A stretch of DNA of 64,000 bases, taken from assembly GCA_963666285.1 (NCBI GenBank), contig OY762711.1. One strand, written 5' to 3'. Below are positions 19,962 through 30,869 of the stretch, one piece after another. The translations under genes and the position numbers were made by a program. The notes beneath the pieces are model-generated. The model made no database searches. It was not told where the DNA came from and saw only the letters and a program-made list of their open reading frames with translations. Every line of letters starts with the position of its first letter. The stretch's first letter is position 1. This DNA is from Sedimentisphaerales bacterium (GTDB taxonomy: Bacteria; Planctomycetota; Phycisphaerae; Sedimentisphaerales; SM23-30).

Positions 19962-22070
19962 TTAGTCTTTTTTCGCTTCTGCTTCAACTGCCTTGCGAGA
20001 CAGCTTAACTCTGCCCTGCGGGTCAATTGCGATTACTTTAACATCAAACTCATCGCCAACCTTACAGACATCTGAAACATTCTTGACATATTCTGTGCTC
20101 AGCTCACTTACATGACACAAACCTTCACGGCCTGGTGCCAGCTCGATAAACGCACCAAAATCTTTCACAGACACAACCTTACCAGAGTAAGTCTTACCTA
20201 CCTGCATCGGCTGGGTCATCAGGTCAATTATATCTTTGGCTTTCTGATGGCCATAACCGCCAACACAAGAGATAAACACTGTACCGTCTTCTTCGATCTC
20301 GATCTTGGTACCTGTAGTTTCCTGAATCTTCTTGATCTCACGACCGCCAGGACCGATTATCATGCCTATCATATCTACTGGCACCTGGGTAGTTAAAATC
20401 TTTGGAGCATACTCTGAAGTTTCTTTTCTTGGTTCTTCGATTATGCTGTGCAGAACCTTCAATATCTGCATACGAGCTACCTTGCCGCGCTCGAATGTCT
20501 CTTCAATCTGGTCCATTCTTATGCCACGTGCCTTAAGGTCAAGCTGGATACCTGTAATACCATCTTTGGTACCGGCAATCTTAAAGTCCATATCGCCGTA
20601 ATGATCTTCTTCACCCAGAATATCGGTCAGCAAAGTATGATTACCATCGGCATCGGTTACCATACCGGTAGAAATACCGGCAACTGGTGCAATTATCGGC
20701 ACACCGGCATCCATCAATGCCAAAGTACCGGCACACACTGTTGCCATGGAGCTTGAACCGTTCGATTCAAGAATATCACTTACAAGCTTGATTGTATAAG
20801 GGAATACATCCTGACTTGGAATTACCTGGTTCAATGATTTCTCTGCTAATGCTCCGTGACCAATTTCACGACGGCCCGGACCCATTATACGGCGTGCTTC
20901 ACCCACACAGAATGGCGGGAAATTATAATGCAGCATAAAACGCTGACCAAATTCATCCTGTAAACCATCAACCATCTGCTCATCCGAAGCAGTACCAAGC
21001 GTACAGCTCATCAGAGACTGGGTCTCACCGCGAGTAAACAGTGATGAACCATGATTCCTAGGCAATATTGCAACTTCGCCGCTAAGAGCACGAATCTCTT
21101 CATAACCCCTGCCGGCACTTCTGTTACCTGCAAGAATCATATCTCGAACTGTCTTTTCCTCAAAGTCTTCAATTGCCATGCGTACCAGTTCCGGTGTGTA
21201 TTTCCATTCTTCTTCCGGTACATCTGCCGGCATAACCTCAGCCTTAAACGCGTCAAACAGCTCTGCTGCTTTTTCATAACGTTCAGTCTTCAGCTCCAGA
21301 GATTTTGATGCTTTATATTCTTCACCAATCTTAGATTCCAGCATTGATACCAGCTCAGAGGTATCCGGAACTTCAAATGGAGCCTTTTCCTTGCCGCAAA
21401 TTCCCTGAAGCTCTGTTATCATTGAACAAACTTCCTGGATCACCTTGTGGCCCAACTTGATAGCTTCCAGAACTTTATCTTCAGGCATCTGTTTCGCTGC
21501 AACTTCGATCATATTTACAGCATCAGCATGACCACCTAAAACCAGTTCCAGTGTGCTTTTTTCCAGTTCCGCAGGAGTTGGATTTACTACAAACTCACCA
21601 TCAACACAACCAACACGAACAGCACCTAACGGCCCTTGGAATGGAATGTGAGAGATCGCCAACGCCGCGGATGAACCGATCATAGCCAAAATATCTGGCT
21701 CATTGTGGTTGTCATAAGAATATACTATAGACTGAAGCTGTACTTCGTTAAAATATCCCTTGGGAAAGAGTGGACGTATCGGGCGGTCGATCATACGCAT
21801 GGTCAACACTTCCTTTGTGGTCGGGCGACCTTCACGCTTCATAAATCCGCCGGGGAACTTGCCCGCCGCACTTGTACGTTCACGATAGTCAACAGTTAGC
21901 GGAAAGAAATCTATTCCTTCACGCGGCTCTGCACCTACAACTGTTGATAATACTACTGTTTCACCGTATCTGACCAGCACGGCACCTGATGCCTGCTTTG
22001 CCAGCTTTCCGGTTTCGATTGATAATGTCCTGCCTGCAATTTCTCGTTCTACTTTATTAATTACCGTCAT
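19962..22070 (-). CDS. pnp: Polyribonucleotide nucleotidyltransferase (PNPase)
   Basis: DFFPLTVDYRE, FTRGETQ, RREIGHG, ESNGSSSMA, EDHYGDMDFK; KH and S1 domains. Confidence 0.98.
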   Translation of the reverse strand: MTVINKVEREIAGRTLSIETGKLAKQASGAVLVRYGETVVLSTVVGAEPREGIDFFPLTVDYRERTSAAGKFPGGFMKREGRPTTKEVLTMRMIDRPIRPLFPKGYFNEVQLQSIVYSYDNHNEPDILAMIGSSAALAISHIPFQGPLGAVRVGCVDGEFVVNPTPAELEKSTLELVLGGHADAVNMIEVAAKQMPEDKVLEAIKLGHKVIQEVCSMITELQGICGKEKAPFEVPDTSELVSMLESKIGEEYKASKSLELKTERYEKAAELFDAFKAEVMPADVPEEEWKYTPELVRMAIEDFEEKTVRDMILAGNRSAGRGYEEIRALSGEVAILPRNHGSSLFTRGETQSLMSCTLGTASDEQMVDGLQDEFGQRFMLHYNFPPFCVGEARRIMGPGRREIGHGALAEKSLNQVIPSQDVFPYTIKLVSDILESNGSSSMATVCAGTLALMDAGVPIIAPVAGISTGMVTDADGNHTLLTDILGEEDHYGDMDFKIAGTKDGITGIQLDLKARGIRMDQIEETFERGKVARMQILKVLHSIIEEPRKETSEYAPKILTTQVPVDMIGMIIGPGGREIKKIQETTGTKIEIEEDGTVFISCVGGYGHQKAKDIIDLMTQPMQVGKTYSGKVVSVKDFGAFIELAPGREGLCHVSELSTEYVKNVSDVCKVGDEFDVKVIAIDPQGRVKLSRKAVEAEAKKD

Positions 22071-22250
22071 AATTCACCTACTTCTTGTTTCCTACAAAAT
22101 TTACACTAACCAACATATTTACATCAATATACTGCTAAATTCACCGTTACAAATCTTTACATCATCCGACAAAAATTGCAGCTTAGGTTTTTACCAATAT
22201 TTACTTTTCAATTTCTCAATTTTTAGAATAACATTAATTCTTCAATTATC

Positions 22251-22310
22251 TCGTTTCCGCAATCTCCGGAAACGAAACAAAGAGGTCACCCTTTTCGAGC
22301 GGCCTCTTTG
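22251..22310 (-). terminator. Two tandem hairpins in the rpsO-pnp spacer (terminator and/or processing stem)
   Basis: TCGTTTCCG..CGGAAACGA (22251-22275) and CAAAGAGG..CCTCTTTG (22278-22310). Confidence 0.6.
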
Positions 22311-22358
22311 GTATATATCGTATTATTTTTTACAACAGATAAGATAATGCATATTTTT

Positions 22359-22625
22359 TTATTTACGAAGACCTAGGCGTTTGATCAGGGTCTGATAACG
22401 TTCTACATCTGTCTTCTTCAGATACTTCAGCAAACCTGAACGGCGACCTACCAGCATCAGTAGTCCGCGACGAGATGCATGATCTTTTTTGTGCATCTTG
22501 AAATGCTCGGTGAGCTCTTTGATTCGTGCTGTCAGAATCGCTACCTGTACTTCTGGTGATCCTGTATCACCGTCATGAGTAGCATAATCTTTAATTACCT
22601 GCTGTTTAATTTCTTGTTTAATCAT
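22359..22625 (-). CDS. rpsO: 30S ribosomal protein S15
   Basis: [30 protein letters not shown]; start at ATG 22625 after GAGG (88 aa). Confidence 0.98.
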   Translation of the reverse strand: MIKQEIKQQVIKDYATHDGDTGSPEVQVAILTARIKELTEHFKMHKKDHASRRGLLMLVGRRSGLLKYLKKTDVERYQTLIKRLGLRK

Positions 22626-22770
22626 TTTTGCTTCCTCTTCCCCGGACAACCCGAACAACGGCATCATCCAGCATGAAGTTTTTCCTTTTTATCTTAAGCT
22701 TATTCTTTCATGACAGGCAACTAACCCGCCAAAAGCTTTTCATACTATGTTATACAATCGCTCTGTATAA

Positions 22771-23082
22771 TTACTTGCTGATTGAAGTAATTTCCACTTC
22801 CAGGTATCTCTGGCGGTGACCGATACGTCTGCGAGAGTTTTTACGACGACGGAACTGCATCGGATACACTTTAGGACCGTAAGCTGTTGTCTTTACTGTA
22901 CCTGCAACCTTTGCACCGTCAACATAGGGCTGACCGACAACACTTGAGCTGTCGTCACGCACAAATAGAACCTTATCAAATTCTATTGCCGCACCTTCTT
23001 CAACATCACGTACTTCGATCGCTACGCTCTGTCCTTCTTCAACCTTGTACTGTTTACCGCCGTCTTCAATTATCGCGTACAC
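22771..23082 (-). CDS. rplU: 50S ribosomal protein L21
   Basis: MYAIIEDGGKQYKVEEG..GHRQRY; GTG start after AGGAG. Confidence 0.97.
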   Translation of the reverse strand: MYAIIEDGGKQYKVEEGQSVAIEVRDVEEGAAIEFDKVLFVRDDSSSVVGQPYVDGAKVAGTVKTTAYGPKVYPMQFRRRKNSRRRIGHRQRYLEVEITSISK

Positions 23083-23282
23083 TATTATATACTCCTGTTT
23101 TTGTTTATACCCATCAAATTTATGTCCTATCGAACGTGAGTTTTACACTTAATATCTCACTATTTTACCATCGATCGGCTTTTCTACACAATATGTGTAT
23201 AAACTCTCTATCCTATATGTGAGTCACGTATTATTGCAAAATTCCGGATAATTGCAAGTTATTTTTGAAAAAACTTAAACTT

Positions 23283-24041
23283 TTACGCCAGACTTCCACA
23301 AACGGGACACATTTCACCTGCCGATACGATCTCCGAACAACTAAACTGGTTATCCCAGATATCATAATGCACCAGAGATGGTACTACCTCTTGGCCTGAC
23401 AAATGCTTCAAGGCCCAGCTCACCTGCAATGCCGTAGTCATCGTAACTACTGGTGCTATAACACCTTTCGTTTGAGCAGTATCTACATCTGCCTTATTTC
23501 TCGGCGGATCAAACATACACCGCAAACATGGCTTACCACCCCCCGGAAAATATGCCGCCATACCCGAACTCCCGGCAACAGCTCCATAAACCCATGCAAT
23601 ACCACTACTTACTGCATATTCATTAATCTCAAAACGCACATAGATATCGTCTGTTGCATCCATTACTATATCAAAGTCTTCTGGATCGAATTCTGAAACC
23701 GTCTCTTCACTGAACCAACCTACATAACTGCTTAATACTACCCCGGAATTCACACCTGCCAGCCTCTCAACCGCAATCTCAGCTTTATTTCGTTCTTTAG
23801 CCGCATCCATTTCATTAAAAAGGGTCTGACGCTGCAAATTACTCAATTCCACCTTATCTGGATCAACTATCATCAAAGAACGGATCCCTGCTCGAACCAG
23901 CAGTGACGCAATATTTGTCCCCAATGCCCCACAGCCGATCAGTAAAACACGACCCTGGCTTATTTTGGCTTGACCGCTCTGACCAATACCATTAAAGGCT
24001 ATCTGCCTGGCATACCGATTGTCACCTGATTCCTTTGTCAT
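23283..24041 (-). CDS. ThiF/MoeB family adenylyltransferase
   Basis: RYARQ, IGCGALG, D.VELSNLQRQ, DATD, two CxxC (PCLRC, CPVC). Confidence 0.92.
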   Translation of the reverse strand: MTKESGDNRYARQIAFNGIGQSGQAKISQGRVLLIGCGALGTNIASLLVRAGIRSLMIVDPDKVELSNLQRQTLFNEMDAAKERNKAEIAVERLAGVNSGVVLSSYVGWFSEETVSEFDPEDFDIVMDATDDIYVRFEINEYAVSSGIAWVYGAVAGSSGMAAYFPGGGKPCLRCMFDPPRNKADVDTAQTKGVIAPVVTMTTALQVSWALKHLSGQEVVPSLVHYDIWDNQFSCSEIVSAGEMCPVCGSLA

Positions 24042-24122
24042 ACCAATACCATAATTTTGCCAACTAACTACCGCCTCAAGTTAACAAATCATACATACCT
24101 ATAACAGTAAACTAATTCTTAT

Positions 24123-24283
24123 GGTGACCTCTGAAAATTGCTTTTGATGCGATAGTTTAAGATTTTGGTTGCTGACAAGGAATATAAAATCATGCATATT
24201 GGGCTATATTCACTGTTTTATATGACGCATGTCAGCAGGCAAAAGAAAAACTAGTCGCTCAAAATGAATTTTCAGAGGTTGCC
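24123..24283. mobile_element. MITE family A, 161-bp copy with TTAT target duplication
   Basis: GGTGACCTCTGAAAATT..AATTTTCAGAGGTTGCC with ~55-bp imperfect inverted arms; TTAT at 24119-24122 and 24284-24287. Confidence 0.8.
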
Positions 24284-25384
24284 TTATACATTAAATAAGA
24301 AATGAACCACATCCCCATCTTTCATCACATAGTTCTTTCCTTCAACTCGCAGCAGCCCGGCAGCTTTGGCACCCGCTTCACCGTTATGTTGGATATAGTC
24401 ATCATAGCCAATAACCTCGGCACGAATAAAGCCACGCTCGAAATCCGTATGAATTACACCTGCCGCCTGTGGCGCGGTATCGCCCTGCCTGATAGTCCAG
24501 GCGCGAACTTCTTTCTCTCCCGCGGTAAAGTAAGACATCAAACCCAAAGCATGAAATGATTTATGGATCACCTGCTCCAAGCCGCATTCTTCTACCCCCA
24601 TCGACTCGAGGAACTCCATACGTTCATCATCTTCCATCCCCACCATCTCTTCTTCCAGCTTCGCACATATCTTCACTACCTCGGCACCACGCTCCGCGGC
24701 AATACCGCGCAGTGTGTTAACATACTCATTATCCTCGGTTAGCGTATCCTCATCAACATTCGCCAGGAAAATCACCTTCTTCGCCGAGATAAAACCCATC
24801 TCCTTAAAGAATGACTCCTTAAGAATACCATCTGACCATTCGAAACTGCTCGCCGGTTTGGAATCCTCGAAATGAGCCTTTAACGAATTCGCCATCTCAA
24901 TCACAGGTCCAAGCTTTTTATCTGTTCTTGCCAGTTTACCCATACGTTCAATTTTACGCTCAAGCTGCTCCAGGTCAGAGATTATCAGCTCAATCTCGAT
25001 CGTCTCAACATCACTGGCCGGGTTAGGCTTCGCATCAACATGTACTACATCGTCATTATCAAAACATCGTACGACATGGATCACCGCCGCTGTCTCACGT
25101 ATATTCGCCAAAAACTTATTTCCCAACCCTTCACCCTTACTGGCTCCTTTTACCAGCCCGGCAATATCGACAAATTCGACCGTACTTGCCTGTATCCGCT
25201 GCGGGTTCACTATCTTCGCCAATGCATCCAGACGTTTGTCCGGAACAGGAACTATCGCCTTATTCGGCTCGATCGTACAGAACGGATAGTTCGCCGCTTC
25301 TGCATTCTGTGCCTTGGTCAGTGAATTAAATGTCGTACTCTTGCCAACATTAGGCAAGCCGATTATACCCATACTTAACGCCAT
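24284..25384 (-). CDS. ychF: Redox-regulated ATPase YchF
   Basis: GLPNVGKST, ANYPFCTIEPN, DIAGLV.GASKGEGLGNKFL, IHTDFERGFIRAEV, DGDVVHFLFNV. Confidence 0.98.
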   Translation of the reverse strand: MALSMGIIGLPNVGKSTTFNSLTKAQNAEAANYPFCTIEPNKAIVPVPDKRLDALAKIVNPQRIQASTVEFVDIAGLVKGASKGEGLGNKFLANIRETAAVIHVVRCFDNDDVVHVDAKPNPASDVETIEIELIISDLEQLERKIERMGKLARTDKKLGPVIEMANSLKAHFEDSKPASSFEWSDGILKESFFKEMGFISAKKVIFLANVDEDTLTEDNEYVNTLRGIAAERGAEVVKICAKLEEEMVGMEDDERMEFLESMGVEECGLEQVIHKSFHALGLMSYFTAGEKEVRAWTIRQGDTAPQAAGVIHTDFERGFIRAEVIGYDDYIQHNGEAGAKAAGLLRVEGKNYVMKDGDVVHFLFNV

Positions 25385-25689
25385 TAATATATCCTCTATC
25401 TAGCATTTATTTAACATTTTTTGTCGCAAACAACTTAATAATATACAGTTACATGCTATCCTACTCTCTCACAGAGTTTAGACAATCAGTGCAGTATTGT
25501 AACGCCAAATCGCTATTTTGCAAGTAAATAAGAAATATGCCGCACTTAACAGAGCAACACTTATGAGATAATATTTAAATAAAATCCAAGATAGCCAGAA
25601 CCTTATCCAAACTTTTTGACATGCCTGCCCAGTTCAATCATAGCTAATCCCCCTCTCAAAATGTCATAACTGACACTTGTACACAGAAA

Positions 25690-26643
25690 TTACGGAACAA
25701 ATTCCTCTGGTGAATTATCATTGGTAATTGCAGCAAAGCTGAAATTCCTGAACTGCATCGATACCCGATTCAATCCGGTTACCTCCCACCCCAAAATAAC
25801 TGATGTTATTTTATAATCGGCCAATTCTCTTGAATCCTTCAAATACCCTTTTTCCCACGCTGTCTCTAAGGCTTTCAGAATCTGTGGATAAATATCCTTG
25901 TCGATCGTTACCCACTGCCCCTCTTTGACCGGTTCAGACAAATAGGCCCGGGCTCCAGGATTGTAGATCATTTTTTGAGAGGGATCTGCAAAATCCTGCA
26001 TTATCAACAAAGGCGAATATTCGTATCGATCATCAAAAACAGGTATCTGAAACCACAGAAAATCGCCATAGCCTGCTGATGCTTGATTACGATTCTGGAT
26101 AATTAAAACACCAGAGATTTGTGCGCAATGCAAAGCGGTATCATACCCGGCCCTCTTTTCGGTTTTACAATAATTCAGTTTGGCTTCCAGATGATAAGTT
26201 AGCACCTTTATTGCTGCTAAAGACGGGCAGCAATCGACAATCCCCTGACTGACAAGCAGATGCGGCCAGGGTTCACCGGATTTGCGATAGCTGTCCTTAT
26301 ATTCAATAACCGAGTCTAGCGATAGTGTCAAATCCGACCAGTCTGAATCCGGCTTTCCGATGATAACTTGTTTTGCTGAATTTTCGAATATATATTTACC
26401 CGGTGTCGGATTTTTTACCTCAACACCTGCAATAGAATAACCGCTATGCCATTGAGCCAGTTGCCAGGCAGGCTCACGGCCTTCTTCCATTACCAGCTTA
26501 TCGTCAACAACAGATTTGCCATGAGCTGGATTCAATACTTCAAGTCCCCCTTGAAAATGACAATCTGTCAATAATTGAACCTCCGCAGCCCATATCCCTT
26601 TAACCAGGATAAAAAAAGTAAATATAAGAAATCGTTTATTCAT
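25690..26643 (-). CDS. Secreted hypothetical protein
   Basis: 317-aa ORF with a signal-peptide-like N-terminus and Trp-rich motifs (WQLAQW, WPHLL, LGWEV); no family recognised. Confidence 0.7.
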   Translation of the reverse strand: MNKRFLIFTFFILVKGIWAAEVQLLTDCHFQGGLEVLNPAHGKSVVDDKLVMEEGREPAWQLAQWHSGYSIAGVEVKNPTPGKYIFENSAKQVIIGKPDSDWSDLTLSLDSVIEYKDSYRKSGEPWPHLLVSQGIVDCCPSLAAIKVLTYHLEAKLNYCKTEKRAGYDTALHCAQISGVLIIQNRNQASAGYGDFLWFQIPVFDDRYEYSPLLIMQDFADPSQKMIYNPGARAYLSEPVKEGQWVTIDKDIYPQILKALETAWEKGYLKDSRELADYKITSVILGWEVTGLNRVSMQFRNFSFAAITNDNSPEEFVP

Positions 26644-26804
26644 GTCTTATCCAAACCCTGCACTTGTTTAATATTTTAACGACTTATATAAAAGCAGTTT
26701 AGAGAATTTTAACTATAAGTTTTGAATAAAACAATACGAAAAACCTATCTTGAATCTCAAATATTTAAATTATGACAATATTCGCCAGTAACAGAGTATA
26801 TTTC

Positions 26805-26850
26805 AAAAAAAAACGCATTCTCCCCTAACATATAAAGGGAGAACACGTTT
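26805..26850 (-). terminator. Intrinsic terminator of the left ECF cassette
   Basis: AAACG..TTCTCCC / GGGAGAA..CGTTT stem; the A9 run gives a U-tract on the minus strand. Confidence 0.65.
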
Positions 26851-26871
26851 TATAATCTGATATTATCCGAA

Positions 26872-29013
26872 TTAATTGAATGGCCACATGCAATTAGCAT
26901 CCTGCGGATCATTACAACTTAGCCAGTTTGCTGCTATTGCGGCAAAGTCGTTCAAATCAATATAGCAGTTCTGATCGACATCACCAACCAATAACAACCC
27001 GGCATCGATAACATCCTGGCATGTAGGATCTACTACAGTAATCACTACTTCGTCACTGATAGCTGCTATTGTATCATCAGCTGTCAGTTGCAAGGTATAT
27101 GTACCTGGTGCACTAAACTCAACTACAGTCAATGCTGCATCAGCTGGAGAAAACTCCGGAGCTGCTGCTCCTTCTGGCATACTCAATACTGACCATGCAA
27201 TAGATGCTGCTACCGGTTTGCCGTCATCTATTACGGTGCCGGCCAATGTCAGCCCTTCTGCATTTCGTTTATATTCAACATCTTCTCCGGCATCAACTAT
27301 CGGAACTACTGGAGCCATTGCTGATAAAGCTTCCAACTCTTCCCGGCTTATACCATAATTATAAACTCGAACATCATCAATACCACCAGGCCAGATTCTC
27401 CCACTAGATGCTTCAGAATTTAATCCTATTGTTACCGGTGCATTCGTAACATCGATCAATCCTTCCGCTTCCATTTCCGTATCGAGAACTCCGTCTATAT
27501 ACAAACAAGCCTTTCTGGATACCGCTTCATAAGTACCAACCACATGATGCCAGTAACCGTCACAAAGCCCTGTTCTTGTGCTGTCAATTCGGGCTGTTGT
27601 TCCGTTACATCTGAAATGTACGCCTGTACCATCAACATTATCTGCCGACAGTCTCCATGCATTGTCCCCTTTACCTGCAATAAAGGATAGACCGCCAAAA
27701 CTTTCACCTTCATACATTATCCAGGCTGATACTGTCACACCTGTCTGCAGGTTGAATATATTTGGATCACTTTCTTCTGGTGTTATTTCTACCCATGAAT
27801 CACCAAACATATCTAAAGCCTTATTGCCAACCCATCCCGGTGTTATGATATTGGGCTCTTCAATATAAGAAGGTATTTCCAGGTCATCTTTCAAACCCGT
27901 AAATATACCGTCATTGCTGCCATAATCATCAACTACAGCCGTACCCGGATTAGACACCATACTATCAAAAGACCAGAGTGCCAGCTGCTTATTATTACTC
28001 GAGTCAACCACTGTAATAGTAACTGTATCACTGTCAACTTTATCACCATCGCTTACTGACAATTCTAAAACATATTCACCCGCGGCATCAATAGACACTA
28101 CAGGATTGATAATAGAAGAATCATCAAACGTTACGATCCCCGGTCCGCTTAGCTTAGTCCATGCAAAACTGATATTTGCCGGCTCCGGTAAACCATCATC
28201 TATTACATCACCTTCTAATTGAACATCGACACCAACCAATACAACATCATCTTTACCGGCTGATACTTTAGGACCGCGATTAAATGTCGCTCCTGACATT
28301 TCATAAACAGCATTCATAAACATAACCTGACCTTGTGCATTCAGGTTCATTGTACCATCACCGGTACCTCCGGACTCAGCACTTGGGAAATACATACGTG
28401 GAGCAGAAGCATATTGCCCGGATCCTGGATAAAACTCCTGACCCGTTTCCCACCGAACTATCCATACCAGTGAATTAGTTGCTGTTGTCGCAACTAATGT
28501 ACCATTTCCGGAATCCGTATAATCCACATAGCTGTTATTATTAAAATCAATGATATCTACCTGATCATCTTCGTTCAGCTCTACATAACTAAAGATCGGA
28601 TCTTCTGTCACTACTGCCTGCATAGTATCACTCAGATTGATAACATTATGATAATTCAGCCAGCCCCAACGGTTATTTCTTACAACATGAGGATTCTGAT
28701 TGATCATCGGTGTTGTTACCGAATTCCATAAACCTATCTCAGAAGAATTACTGGCATAACCTCCGCTATTCCCATGACGACCTACTACTACAAGATCAGC
28801 AGCATTCATCTGATCAACCTTTGCCTGGGTCAGATTCTGCGGATCCTGCATACGCGTAACTACATACCCTTCATCTTCCAGCATATTAATAAATTCGCTA
28901 TCATGCGGTTCAGACTCATTGTAACAATCTGACACCCATACAATACTCTGAGCGTTTACATATCCCGCCAGACAACATAAAGCCATTAACATCAACACAA
29001 TTTTCTTATTCAT
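26872..29013 (-). CDS. Secreted PKD-like + LamG protein with dockerin-like C-terminus
   Basis: Start MNKKIVL after AAGGAG; two V.AG.D..L.G.V.DDG.P PKD-like repeats around a LamG; GDVDQNCYIDLNDFAAIAANWLSC. Confidence 0.85.
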   Translation of the reverse strand: MNKKIVLMLMALCCLAGYVNAQSIVWVSDCYNESEPHDSEFINMLEDEGYVVTRMQDPQNLTQAKVDQMNAADLVVVGRHGNSGGYASNSSEIGLWNSVTTPMINQNPHVVRNNRWGWLNYHNVINLSDTMQAVVTEDPIFSYVELNEDDQVDIIDFNNNSYVDYTDSGNGTLVATTATNSLVWIVRWETGQEFYPGSGQYASAPRMYFPSAESGGTGDGTMNLNAQGQVMFMNAVYEMSGATFNRGPKVSAGKDDVVLVGVDVQLEGDVIDDGLPEPANISFAWTKLSGPGIVTFDDSSIINPVVSIDAAGEYVLELSVSDGDKVDSDTVTITVVDSSNNKQLALWSFDSMVSNPGTAVVDDYGSNDGIFTGLKDDLEIPSYIEEPNIITPGWVGNKALDMFGDSWVEITPEESDPNIFNLQTGVTVSAWIMYEGESFGGLSFIAGKGDNAWRLSADNVDGTGVHFRCNGTTARIDSTRTGLCDGYWHHVVGTYEAVSRKACLYIDGVLDTEMEAEGLIDVTNAPVTIGLNSEASSGRIWPGGIDDVRVYNYGISREELEALSAMAPVVPIVDAGEDVEYKRNAEGLTLAGTVIDDGKPVAASIAWSVLSMPEGAAAPEFSPADAALTVVEFSAPGTYTLQLTADDTIAAISDEVVITVVDPTCQDVIDAGLLLVGDVDQNCYIDLNDFAAIAANWLSCNDPQDANCMWPFN

Positions 29014-29101
29014 GCATTTCTCCTTTAAAGAATATATTATAGTTCTGCCGCAACTTACGACACTTTTTACTGCTTTATTACAATTTTTGTACAAAACTTA
29101 A

Positions 29102-29170
29102 GGTGACCCTGGAAATTGCTTTTGTTGCGAAAGATGGATCTTTCGCTATAAATGAATTTTTAGAGTGCCC
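29102..29170. mobile_element. MITE family A, internally deleted 69-bp copy with TTAA duplication
   Basis: TTAA-GGTGACCCTGGAAATTGCTTTTG..ATGAATTTTTAGAGTGCCC-TTAA; ends match 24123-24283. Confidence 0.7.
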
Positions 29171-29174
29171 TTAA

Positions 29175-30869
29175 TTATGGCATTCCGTTTATATACATCT
29201 CTTCTATTTCCGAAGAATCCAAAACACTATTAAATACTGCTAGTTCTCCTAGAACTCCATCAAACATTTCATTAGTTGTCCTGTCCGTACCCATAACCAG
29301 GTCACCTTCAGATGATGCACCATTATAAATATAATCAACAGTATCTATCAGCTTGGCATCAAGATAAAACTTAATCTTTTTATTGTCATGAGTTACTGTT
29401 ATAAAATGCCAACCTAAAATATCATTCTCAGGTAAAGTACCGGAATATTTTCGATTCTCTGGTATGTTCACCTTATATCTCACAAATTGTATCTTACTGT
29501 TCGCCCCTCCGTCATGGTGCTGATTATAGCCAAGCTGATAATTTACCGGACTATCCTCTAACCTGTTCGACAAAATATGGCCGCCATCTTCAAGCGTATC
29601 CAGCTTCACCCAGACTGCCAATGTAATATTATCACTAATATTCAATGCCTTATCAGAATCTATCAGGACATATTGCTGTTCTTTTGAATCAAATTCCAAT
29701 GCCTGCTTTTCCGGCCACCTGCCTTCAACCAATCCTGAAAGCTTGCCGGTAGACGAAGAACTCATTAGTTTGCCCTGATATTTATCTTTTGTTACCCAGG
29801 CACTATTATCTAACATTTCACCTTCAAGATTCTCAAATGTATAATATACCAGCAGATCATCTCGTTTCCGCAACTGGTAGCTGTATGCCTTCCACTTATA
29901 ATACGCCGAACCCTTTGCTGCCTTAATTTCAGCTTCAAACTGATCTTTGCGTACAAATGCATATGTATTGTTATGACTTAAGACATTACCATCAGTTGTA
30001 ACTTTTCCTCCCTGGTCTTTTTCCAGCCTGAGAGATTTGTCATACTTAAGCAGATCTGAACCTTTACGAAGCTCTACTGTCCCTTTGAATACCTGCGTAG
30101 ATGTATTACCGTTTCTATCTACATTCACACCAAATTCAGTACCATAATCAACCACAGTAGCGGTTTCAGTCCTTACCACAAACCGCTTATCCGGCACTTT
30201 ATCTATATTTGCTACTATCGAACCTGATTCCAAAAATAGCAAACTGTCGCTTTCCAGGGTAAATTCACACGGACCTTCCAGGATCACCTCTGCACCATTA
30301 TTCAATACTATCTCTGCTAAACCTTTTTTTAAGCTCATTGGCCCTGTATACAAAATGCTGCCGTCTTTCAACTCGACGGGTACTGCTCGCTCCCACTCCG
30401 CATCAACCTGGAAATTTACTGTTGCTACCGGCACATATAGCTCAGGTGGAAACAGGTTGGAATATACTACAAAAATAAGTAAAAAGACCGCTGCCACAGA
30501 TACCAGCTGACTATATATCCTGAAAAATCTGCTCGGCTTAGGCACTAAGACCTCGGCTCGTACCAAATCTTTCTCTATGGCCTCTTCCTGAGTCTCTATT
30601 TCCACACTTGGTGAAAGTTGAGAATCGTTTAATAATTCATCTAAAATTTGATAATCTATACTAAATTCCGTTCCCTGACCATCCAATTCACAACTTCCGG
30701 CTACATGGTTCAGACCGGCATGAACCTCAAGAAAGTCAAGGTAATATTCCCTTGCCAATTTACTTTCTTTCAGCATCTGCTGTAATTGTTTCAGCTCTTC
30801 AGGGGCTATTGCACCCTCTATTGCTTTGAACAATATAATATTTAATTTATTTTCAAACTCTGACTTCAT
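29175..30869 (-). CDS. FecR-domain anti-sigma factor with C-terminal LamG domain
   Basis: N-terminal helical domain, one TM, FecR motif ILEGP..VVDYGTEFGVNV..VFKGTV, LamG. Overlaps the sigma stop codon (ATGA). Confidence 0.87.
   Translation of the reverse strand: MKSEFENKLNIILFKAIEGAIAPEELKQLQQMLKESKLAREYYLDFLEVHAGLNHVAGSCELDGQGTEFSIDYQILDELLNDSQLSPSVEIETQEEAIEKDLVRAEVLVPKPSRFFRIYSQLVSVAAVFLLIFVVYSNLFPPELYVPVATVNFQVDAEWERAVPVELKDGSILYTGPMSLKKGLAEIVLNNGAEVILEGPCEFTLESDSLLFLESGSIVANIDKVPDKRFVVRTETATVVDYGTEFGVNVDRNGNTSTQVFKGTVELRKGSDLLKYDKSLRLEKDQGGKVTTDGNVLSHNNTYAFVRKDQFEAEIKAAKGSAYYKWKAYSYQLRKRDDLLVYYTFENLEGEMLDNSAWVTKDKYQGKLMSSSSTGKLSGLVEGRWPEKQALEFDSKEQQYVLIDSDKALNISDNITLAVWVKLDTLEDGGHILSNRLEDSPVNYQLGYNQHHDGGANSKIQFVRYKVNIPENRKYSGTLPENDILGWHFITVTHDNKKIKFYLDAKLIDTVDYIYNGASSEGDLVMGTDRTTNEMFDGVLGELAVFNSVLDSSEIEEMYINGMP

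Noticed and set aside
22626..22667. N-terminal extensions in the ORF track (rpsO; likewise starts 18528, 29094, 37071, 48553)
   Set aside because: Downstream ATGs have better RBS spacing and give typical lengths or signal peptides; the 29094 start abuts a MITE.
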